Assembly (NCBI GenBank): GCA_036172245.1
Contig: JAYWIR010000011.1
Location: forward strand, 1,860,001 to 1,924,000
Direction of reading: 5' to 3'
Origin: Raillietiella orientalis
Taxonomy: Eukaryota
Length of the DNA stretch: 64,000 nt
The notes under the pieces were generated by a model. The model was not told where the DNA came from. It ran no database searches and was given only the letters and a program-made list of their open reading frames with translations. Each line of letters starts with the position of its first letter. Positions within the stretch are counted from its first letter, which is position 1. Shown piece after piece: positions 54,451 to 64,000 of this stretch. The position numbers and the translations under genes were made by a program.

Positions 54451-57400
54451 TCTCTCCAAAACACAGTGTCAGCTCATGCCCCCATGTTTGCAGAGATTGT
54501 TTTTGTTCTCTTGTCGGAATGGTGGTTCTCAGTGTGGACATATTCTTACATAGGTCCTCTCTCAGGCAAATAATTACCCTGAGGAAGAATGAATGGATTG
54601 TCTCTAGATCTCTTGCTTGTCCCTAAGACACTCTAGTGTTAGGCGAGATGGAGCAGTGAACACTTTGGCGAAGATCACACGGTTCTCCGAAACACCTTGC
54701 TTATTTGCTATTCCGCAGCTAAGGCTCTTGCTTCCTACATGAGATGGCCATAGATTGCAAGACATAGGGCTGGGCTATAGTTATCCTCTTGGATGCTGAG
54801 ATGCTTTCCCTATTTGCACGTGTTGACTCCGGGAGATTTCTTCTAAAAGAGTACCTGCAATTAAAAAAGTTCATACCCATAAAATAGTCATCCCTGAATG
54901 GTGGGATTCTGAGCTTCACTACATGCGCTCGTGTCTAGGGGGCGTCCCTGCTATTTGGTAGGCTGCCCAGCGAGGTCCGTGTAGGGAAAAGGAAGAGAAA
55001 GAAAAAAAATAAAAATAAGCAAAAAGTATCTCTTTAAGCGGAGAAGGCAAGGAAAAGGATCATAACTGAGGTGTCCTTTGTTCGGGAGAGCAATTATACT
55101 GACCTACAGGAAAGATGGAAAGTAATCTACGAACTCGCAGGAGCACGGAAACTCCTCGGTTGCTGCTCGGCGCACTAACTTGCCGACGCTGCAACCTCAG
55201 TTGCCTTTGAGTGTCTGGTGATCTGCGCGATAACAATAGTCCATTCTTTGCCAGAAGCGGACGGAGCTGGTGATGCTGCTATTACATTGGGGTCTCCCGT
55301 GCAACGCTCTTTGGCGCAACCGGACCAGAGGTTGTCTCCGAGCTATGCCAAATGAGGAAAAGTGGAGTCCTTTCTACTGCTCATGAAGGGCAACATTTTG
55401 CGACGGCTCTACAATTCTCGGAAGACAATCCCAGAGACATCTTTGACGTGTCTTTTGTGCGGAACAGATTGCCACCTGCCGCATCGATCGCAGCTTTCTG
55501 CTGCTTCCGTGCGATATTGGTGGCCCGAAGCTACGTCTAAAGAGTCGAGAACAGCAAGAAACCCATTCCGGTTTTCTGCTTGTTTTCATTGAAAATTCTT
55601 AACATTATCACTTTATCTCATTTGATTTCAACTGATTATTTCTCTCCAAATGTACTTGCTTAACTTCATTTGGTTTAACATCCAGGTGCGCCGGGTGCTG
55701 TACTTCATTTGGTGTACAACAGGCATTTTCTTCCTTCCTGGAATAAAATTGTATGGCTTATATACTATCGGTAACTAATTATATCAGGACTTAAGAAATT
55801 CTTATTCTATGCAGTCAGTATTTAAAAGCAAATTTATTTAAAGACTTCTCAAAGTGAATGGAGTTGTATGTTTTGTATTCTATTAAGTGCCTTTCTTGCA
55901 TGTTTTTGTATTTTGCCAAGTCTTTGCAAAGTGTCCTTGTGTAGACATAATTTAGTATTTAGTTATATGCTTGAATGAAATTAATATTTCCTGGATCATC
56001 TGGCTTCCAAATGATATCCTATTTTTTCCTGGTTTAATCACAACGTTTCATTTATAATCAGCAAACTTGTAAACACTTTTATAGGGACACATTTTTATCA
56101 ATTTATGTAAACTTATAATTGTGGAAACATTACACATAGATAGAACTATAGTACAAATTCTAATAAAAAGCACTTATATCTCTATGTTTTTACAGACGAA
56201 TTTTTTTTATTGCTGATTTCTTCAATTGCTTCATCACTGCATTTCTGTCTCACTAAGGCACTCAATTTTTTGGAACATGCACCCTAATTGTCTATGCTGG
56301 TATAAGGACGAGAAAAAGCCCTGATAGAAAGCCTTAAAATATGCCTTGAAGTGCAGCGTTCTTGCGGAGACATCGATTCTTTCATGATTACAATTCCTTA
56401 TTACAGCTTCTTTCAGCAATTTAGTTTATACGAGTGGTATGTCTGTTTGTGGACATGGATCCCGTATTAACATGACGAAAATGTTTTGCCCCATTTCTTC
56501 ATAATTGTGAATTTTTGTCTTTTTTTCCATTTCCATTTTGAAATGAGTTTTAATTATTACATTTAATAGAAACAATTCGTGTTGTTGTTTAATTTTCGTG
56601 TTTCATGTTATTTTCGAGACTACTTTTGAGGCATACTTTTTTCAGAAGCATATGTTTATTTATATGTTTCTGCATATTTCTAAGTTTAGTTATATATATT
56701 TCTTCACTACATTCTTCCCTGTCATTCAAGCATTAAGTGGATGTGTGATTTGTGGATGCAATTTAGGCATGCAGTGTTTAGTAATTGTGTAGCATTTAAG
56801 AGTTTTTGATTAATTGATATATCTTTGGAAGGCTTTTATCGATCATGCGCCATATCCATTACAGTTATGAATTTTTTCTTATATTCCTTTGATGTATGTT
56901 GACTTTGCAATTATCTGTAATAGCTGATACATGTTTATGTAAGTTGCAACATAATTATCATAGGTTTTCAGCATTGTACGGTGCTATATAATTATTAAAT
57001 GGCTCTTGAACAAGCACTACAAAGGGGGAATTTTGGTGATAGTGTGGTATCAAGTCCATTACATCAAAGGTAATCTATTATGGATGTATAAACAGTTATG
57101 AATTCTTCAGTGTGTTTCATTAAAATTCTTTCAAGTTTGTTTTAATGGTTTTCTTTTAATTTGATCTAAGTTAAATTTCTGCATTGGAAAGATATGTGCA
57201 TGAATTGAAGATGAAATCACTTCTAATATTAAATTTGTATATTCTTTGGGTATAATGAAGGTTTAATTTCAATGCTTGGTTTCAGGCTTTTGGTGTATCA
57301 TGATTAATTTAATTGCATGTAAAGTTTCCTTGAAATATCTAGATCAGGTATAATATCTTGAAATATCTTTTAATTAAGATGATTTTCTGAAATAAGCAAT

Positions 57401-57834
57401 ATAATAAAATGTACACGTTTCATTTGGCCACGTTTGGCCCCCAAATATTTATTGACGTTACTTTATGATATAAAATAATAACATGTCATTTGATGGACAC
57501 ATCCCCACTGATTTGCAAATAATGTTTCTGTTGCATTGTATTTGTAATTCTTTGCCTATTATTATCAGCAGCATGTTGCATTTCATAGCATCAGTTAACT
57601 TGTGTTAATTTCTCATTACAAATTAATTTTGAGTGCCAAAGACAACCACAATGTAAAGCGTGATGTGTTTTATTCATAGTTTAGTGATTTTCATTTGTAG
57701 TTTAGGTATGCAATGATGCATATCTAAAGTGCATTGAAAATTCTTGCATAGGCTACACTGATGCAACTGTTTTTAACCAGTTGCAAAGATTGTAATTCAG
57801 TTTTTCTAACATGGTATTCAATGTGATGTTTTAG

Positions 57835-58216
57835 AAGTATTCAAACAGCGGAAGTGTATAGCCATCCTTTGGAAGAGTCTGAAGAGAAGGTAAGTGTTTG
57901 TATGCTGTTCACTTTAAGTGCACTAGGATACTCTATACACTCCACTTTTTAGTATGCAAAATTTCAAGATGAGTTTCATTTCCAAACCTTGCGCTCAGTG
58001 CAAGGTTTACATGCTCCACTCCGACTACAAGCAGAAAGAATTGCAGCATCAAAGATTGGGAGACTGCCATGCTTACAGAGCAGCCATCTTATGATGGACA
58101 TACTTACTGGGAGAGTTGAAATGATCGACTTTACGGATTTTTTGAATCCTCCAGAACTTTCTGAGCATGTTATTTCACCTCATGCACATGTAGAACAGTG
58201 TTATCGGTTCACATGA
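57835..58216 (+). CDS. POMP: Proteasome maturation protein (UMP1 family); last two coding exons, first exon not located
   Basis: Exons 57835-57889 and 57953-58216 give SHPLEESEEK|YAKFQDEFHFQTLRSVQGLHAPLRLQAE…RLPCLQSSHLMMDILTGR.E.IDF.DFLN.P…PHAHVE. AATAAA follows directly after the stop. Confidence 0.9.
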
Positions 58217-58449
58217 ATAAATTGTTCATCAATAAATTGTTTAACCTGGAAATAGTTTATTTGGGTGCAGTTGAAATTATTACAGAAGTCTTGTCTGCAT
58301 TTCTACCTGTTAAGTTGCAGGCATATGCTGAATAACCATTGGCGTGAAGCAACATTCAGTATTGTGCACACATTTTTCTGCGCGAATTCTGTGTTAATGT
58401 AACTTAGAAACTTATTCCCTTGAATTGGTTTGGAGAGTTGGTTAAGGTA

Positions 58450-60900
58450 AAAATAATGGAACACTACTTTTGAAATGCTAAGAAAATAATTTCACCTGGA
58501 GCAAATGTAGTTACAGACAGAAGTGGGGAAAAATACTTCAGAGAGTGTTTTTTCAATTTCACTAAAGGAAAACTCATCAAATCCATATTTCTCGAGAATT
58601 AATGGAATAACTTTTGCGGACACAATGAACATGGGTTTGTCTCGTGAGATGAAATGATTATTTAAAGGAACTATTTCACATATGAAGATGGAACTTTTGA
58701 AATGGTAACATCGTCCTGAACTTGTCACTCGGGGGCATCTGTCAGTCAGTGAGCTAAAGCGGACGTATCCCTGTGTTTTGCATGTGACTGAAAGGCAACC
58801 TGTAATATGTTTCAGAAAACTGATCGTGAAATCTGTGTGCAAGTCGAAGTCGTTATCCACGGAATGGATGCTTATGGATGCAGTGCGATGAACTGTGGGC
58901 GAGCTTGAGCAATTGACGTGGTGGGTGCAACCACAGTGCTCCCCAAACCAAGCCACTGAACTGCCCAGTGGCCAGTGGCACGAACTCGCTATATTCTGCC
59001 CCGCATTTGCCCTGTGGTGTACCTTTGTTTTCAGCTATAAATCATTTCTCTTCGTTTCTACTCATTCGTGCCAGTCCTGGAGAAAGCAGGGGGTCATTCC
59101 TTGAAGTTCCTTGAAAACTGTTCCCCGAAACGCGCTGCACCCACGTTGGGGTTTCACCATAGGTACGAAGTCATCGAGATTTCATGGGCACCACGCGATT
59201 TCTTCCTCGCATAATCGTATTCGATCACTGCTTACGTTTACAACCTTTCCAAATCGTTGGATGTTTCCTCGCCCACTCACAGGATTCTCCAGTTCGTTCC
59301 GATCGCGGAGCCCCAAACGCAATCCTTGCGATCCCGAAGGCACCAAAATGCCTTTTTGCAGCAGGTGGAAGTTCGGCACGGTGGACCAAGGAGCCCAGGA
59401 TCAGTGCACAGAGCACTGTGAACGTCGGCAGGCGAATGGCGACGGGTGACTTTTTCTCTAGAGGAAAAAAAAAAAAAAAACTGCAGTAGGAAAAATGATT
59501 AAAGAGAGAAAAATAGATGAGCGATGACCTTATTTGACCAGTGATGACCAAGAATTGATAATCAAGAGTCACAAATCACTCAAAGAGTGCAATGGGATCG
59601 GTTCCAAGAGAGGAATAGAGGTCACGTATTGCACATGTGCAAATGCCTTTCTTATTGAGTAATCATCTAAATAGAGAGCCGGAAAACTATAAAATATAGT
59701 TTAAAATAACCCTTGTACGAATCCAAAGGACATTCATGTTTGGTGGTCTTAGGAATGCGCAGCTGAAGTTCCGTTTCCGCTTCTCCGTTCGCTTCGCGCT
59801 GATTGTTCCGAGCCTCAACCCAAAACTTTATGTGCACTCTTACGCGCCATTCTCGAAAGTCGGCTCCTCCCTGTGTCTTCTTTCGCCGTCGTCTTTGTTT
59901 ATCTCTTTCAGAGTTTCCATCTCGGGAACCCTTTTAGCCACGAAAAGCTGCAGTCGTACCTGAAGTGGAGTCAGGAAGAAAGGGAGGTCGGCGCCTGCCA
60001 CGGGCGCAGCATCGCAAGAGTCCGGATTTTTATGTAGCATGGCATCGCAAAAACAACATTCTCACATTCTTGTTTTCCTTGCTCAGCATTCTTGGAGCCG
60101 GTACTCTCAGCATCCAAATGGAAACCGTGGATTCGTTTGAAAATGCGGACGGCTCATGGAGGTTCAGGCTGGTGTGAAAACAAATGAAATGTCCGAATAC
60201 AGTAGTGAAAAAAAAATGGTTTTGAACAAGTTCAGGTACGAAAAATCAAGTTTTCTTTCCCCAGTTTCCCAAATTTCAAAGCCCTACTGCAAGTGAAAAG
60301 TAGGATGGAAGCAAATGCTGGAACCTAGGACTGGGGAAGGCATGCAAACAGAACCCCCGCAAAAGCTCTTGAAAGGCCGGGTTCAACTCCCAGCTCTCAC
60401 GATCCCCAGCGCTGTGCTTAGCACGAGCATTAATAATTAGGAGGGGAAATTGCCACCGTCGCAGCCCGGGTAGATCAGAAGTCATTGCTCCTTCAAGTCC
60501 CACTGCTGCCTTCCTACTTTCATCTACGAACATCCAGCGATCCCAACACATCCTTTCTCAATGGCAAGCATGAAAGAGCTGGAACGTGGAGACCTCCTTC
60601 GAAATCCGAAAGAAACTGCCTAGTTGTGCTGTTCCGACGAATGTCTTCAGAGCAGACGATGAGTCTGGCGTCTCCCCTGCTAACTGGCTCAAGAGAGGGA
60701 AGGGCCCTCAAAGTGGCAGTCATGCACGCCTCGTCGTCGCCATCTTCCAGAAATCGCGGAGATGGAGCTATCTGCTGGGAGGAAAACGGTTTTCCCCTTT
60801 CCGAAAATTTCATAGCGTCTCTTCTCGTAACGCTGCACAAACGAGTTTCGAAGAATTTTGCTGTGGCATCGTTCTGCGAGGTTCGCTGGACCGGTGGCTA
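58450..60900 (-). mobile_element. Decayed Ty3/Gypsy pol relic (RT, RNase H, integrase)
   Basis: LSDFEGGLH..LPLRKDVLGSL (~CADFSTGLN..LP.PEDIFATL), LLIIN…PAFQE, KSPVAIRLPTFT, VPNFH and KRHF, NPVSGRGNIQRF (~IPVYTANRLQRW), SRNDPLLS, LLKLAH, ILEKYGFDE (~IFSRYGLPE). Confidence 0.6.
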
Positions 60901-61054
60901 CGTACGCGAGGATAGCTGGAAAGGAAGGGCTTCCTCTGTTGGGAGGGCGGATTCCCGAGTTCGGCAGCTCGCCTGCTGACCTCGGAGGATTTCGAACTGC
61001 CTGCTCTTCCCGGTCTGAAGGGTGTAGTGAGTGGTGTTGCTGTGTGGATTCGCG

Positions 61055-61424
61055 ATGGCTCCGAAGTCTGTTAACGGGAAAGTAATGAAAAATGCGGCAA
61101 GGCGCAGAAGAACATCTCGAAGGGAGGCAAGTAGGAGAAGCGGAAGGGGAAGGAGAGTTAGGCCATCTACATCTATAAGGTTTTGAAGCGGGTGCATATT
61201 GATACGGGCATCTCCAGCAAGGCCATGTCGATTATGAACGTGAACGACATCTCCGAGCGTATCGCAGCAGAAGCGTCCCGCCTGTCCCACCGCGACAAGC
61301 GCACGGGACCGTCACCACCCGGGAAGCACAGACGGCAGTGCGCCTGCTGCTTCCCGGAGAACTGGCCAGGCACGCCGTCTCGGAAGGCACGAAAGCTGTG
61401 GCCAAGCACACGGGCTCGAAGTAA
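61055..61424 (+). pseudogene. H2B: Histone H2B pseudogene
   Basis: MAPK…KAQKNISKG…[41 protein letters not shown]…[29 protein letters not shown]. In-frame TAGs at 61132 and 61159, frameshifts near 61095 and 61305, and loss of the conserved SF. Confidence 0.92.
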
Positions 61425-61449
61425 ATTGTGCTTCCTCCAGCCCGTGCAT

Positions 61450-63950
61450 TCTAGCCAACACCCATCCTGGAATCTTCTCACCTATCCGGATGAGGAAATT
61501 CCGAGGCAGGCTCTGGAGCCACGTGAAAACGAAATCCAGAATCTGCTGCATGGAAAACGGGTTCCGCTTCGTGGATGGAAGACTTCGCACGCTCTTCGAC
61601 TCCGGAAGAGACGACTGACTCCATGCCGTATGCACGACCACGAAAAAAAGGTGCTCGAAGCTTTTCCAGCTGTCAATCCGGACGGGCTGACCAGACGTCC
61701 TAAGTGCTGAAAAGCCCGCCGTGGAAGGAACTGTTACGAAGGCTGGGAGGCGAAAGCTCTTTCCAGAAAAGAAGAGAGCATCACGGAGCTCCGAAGTGAC
61801 GAAAGGGAGTCTGCAAACTTTTGGTTTTTTCTTCTTTCCAAGGTCCCTGCAGCCATTCAAGGATGAAGTACTCCTACTGAAAAGTGGTGGACAGGCAGGA
61901 TCAGAGCGAAAGACCGCACTTTCTGTGGAAGCTGTTGAGAAGAAACGTGCAATCGGCGTTGAAGAGACATCCGTTCATTTTGCATCAAAACGGTAAAGGG
62001 GGCTGCGATGGGACGGTGGTGCTTTCGGATGAAATTCGGCGGTTCATCGGTTCCGCGTGGCTTTCACGGAACACTCGAAGTTGTCATAATGTTTGCGTTG
62101 CTGAAAAATCTTCCCCCGCAGTCCCGGGATCGAAATGGGATCAACCCACAATGGGAAGCTGCGAGCAGGGTAAGGTAGGCCGCCCCCTTAAATTTTCGCA
62201 TTGCATCAATTCAGTAACAAGGTTCTGCTGCCAGAATCTTCTTAAAATCTCTAGTGAAAGCTATAAATTTCCATTATGCCCACAAACGTTTATGGAAGCT
62301 ACCATATTGGTCTCCGTCTACAAGTTTCTGCAGTTTCGTCTACAGAAACGAGTTCTCGCAGGATCATTTTTAGAAGATCATTTTTTTTTTTTTTTTTTCT
62401 TGGAAAACAAGCAGCTTTCTTTTAACGATGTGTGGCCCGTCTGGAAACCCAGTCTACATTTCAATTGCAATCAGCGAAGTCTATTTCTAAGACAATTTGG
62501 AAGGTCATTATTTCTTGCACATGCATATGCCGGGAGATTCCCACGAGTACTCTAGGCCATTTTTTTTTCGTTTTCACAAAATGTTGAAATAAGTTTATAT
62601 ATATATTAAAAACACACACACACACACACACACACGCACGCACGCACATTCCTGTTGAAAAGAATCTCATAAAATGCGCCAATGGTTTTATTAGATGGAA
62701 ATGATCATTTCTAATGGTTTGGTTTATTGTGGTTGGATGGTTCCATTCTGGGTTTAATGATATTTCCGCATTAATTCTCACGGAGCTTATTCTAATACAA
62801 ATGCATCATCGTGAAAACAAATCTCCAGTGCTTCATTCCAAAGATAGCACAGTGCCCTTAGGCGACTTTTTTTTTTTTTTTTCTTTTTCCTTTTTTACTA
62901 CCAAATGTCCGAATCAAGGAGCTGGCAACCGGAGAGAAAATATGAATGTGTTCAGTGAGCTCATGGATTTGCTTTACTTCCACGATGCTCTCCTTATCAT
63001 TCTAAAACGAAATCTTTTTTTTCTTTTCTTCATTCCTGTTCGCAGCTCCTTGCTCAGGAAGGCTGCTGCACCGTTCACCGTTCTGTACCGTAAGGCGGAG
63101 GTGAAGGAGCCTTCGCAGCCTTTTTCGCGGGCATCCCGGCATCCAGACTCGATCCGAACTCATCCTGGCATCCGCCGAACCCGCTCTCAAGCCAAGATGT
63201 CTCCTTACGGTGCACGCTGTTACGGGTACACCGCGCCCTTTGCGAAACACCGATCCGGTCCGAGCTCGCCGGCGAAACGGCGACGTGACGTCAGAAAGGT
63301 CGCTCGAAGGTACGGTTCCCGCGCAGTACGGCTCGCACAGAAACGGAAACCAAAAGATGAAACCGAAGACTTCGAGCCCGCATCCCTTTCCAGCCGTTTC
63401 TTTCCTTTTTGTTTGTTTGTTTTCCGAATGCCGGACCTCTGTCCGTGATGCAGGTCGAATTTCGAGGTTTCCGGAACTGACGGACATTTCGCGCGCTCCG
63501 GTGAACCGAGGAGGTGACGGGCCAGGCAGATCGTACGTTGGATACGAGGCAAAACGGAGGACGGGGGCATGAAATACAACGCCTGTTGCCGGCCGAGTAG
63601 GGTATGGAGGATGCCCTGGCAGCTGGGGTGTGACCCTCCCGGAGGTACCTCGCCGCCGCACAGGTGGGAAGCGGAACGCTGCTCATGTCAAATGCGGCGG
63701 CATCTTCCTCTGCCTTTCCGAGACAGAGAGAGAGATGAAGTTGTTGACGGGATGCTTGGGCAGGCCGCGGAGTATGCGATTCAGAGGTTGCCGTTGTCGT
63801 TTCTTTTGCATTCGGTTCAGCAATTTCCGTATTTGCGTCTCCCGAACCTCATCCCGAACGACCGCTTCTCATGTGAAATCGCCTTCCGCGGATTTCATGC
63901 ATCTTAAGAAACGCGCCGTGAATCGAATGGGATGCTGTTTATCAGGGAGC
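61450..63950 (+). mobile_element. Decayed Ty3/Gypsy pol relic (RT to integrase)
   Basis: EIQNLLHG (~DIFATLNG), PFILHQNGK and EIRRFIG (~GFIIDKNGR, LRSFLG), HPGIRRTRSQAK…SSPAK (~HPGIVRMKALAR…ASAAK), RMPDLCP (~KWPEI.P), EAERCSCQMRRHL (~QAERFVDTFKRAL), VQQFPYLRLPN. Confidence 0.6.
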
Positions 63951-64000
63951 GACCCCGTCGTTCTTCTCCGCGAAACCCCCTCAAGAGAATGAGCACGCGA

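Noticed and set aside
58492..59960. Possible - strand spliced gene (acceptor and donor look-alikes, 154-aa ORF)
   Set aside because: The translations match decayed Gypsy RNase H and integrase in canonical order.
1..64000. CRISPR arrays, tRNA/rRNA genes, spliced-leader RNA and intact LTR pairs
   Set aside because: No repeat-spacer periodicity, cloverleaf, SL1-like sequence or long direct repeat was noticed by eye. Divergent small RNAs could have been missed without covariance-model searches.

Overview
Animal (invertebrate) genomic DNA with spliceosomal introns; nothing here looks prokaryotic. Very short introns (39-60 nt) together with an NCOA6 gene would fit a basal nematode-like protostome, but this is only an inference. 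Composition is a sharp mosaic, estimated by eye: about 1-17 kb very GC-rich and full of microsatellites, 17-25 kb intermediate, 25-50 kb AT-rich and CpG-depleted, 50-55 kb GC-rich, 55.5-58.5 kb AT-rich, 58.5-64 kb intermediate. Recognisable genes are NCOA6-like (-), parvin (+), CEP192/SPD-2-like (+) and POMP/UMP1 (+), plus a disabled histone H2B copy. An unrecognised gene on the - strand can be assembled with consistent splice phases from exons at 24681-25117, 8296-8451, 6657-6895 and 3333-5854 (about 1,117 aa). It may be co-transcribed with, or spliced to, NCOA6. Much of the long-ORF signal in the GC-rich and intermediate blocks is not genic: by manual motif reading it is heavily decayed Ty3/Gypsy and BEL/Pao LTR-retrotransposon sequence interrupted by G/C homopolymers and simple repeats. 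No rRNA, tRNA or CRISPR array was seen. All homology calls are from memory of the families, not from database searches.
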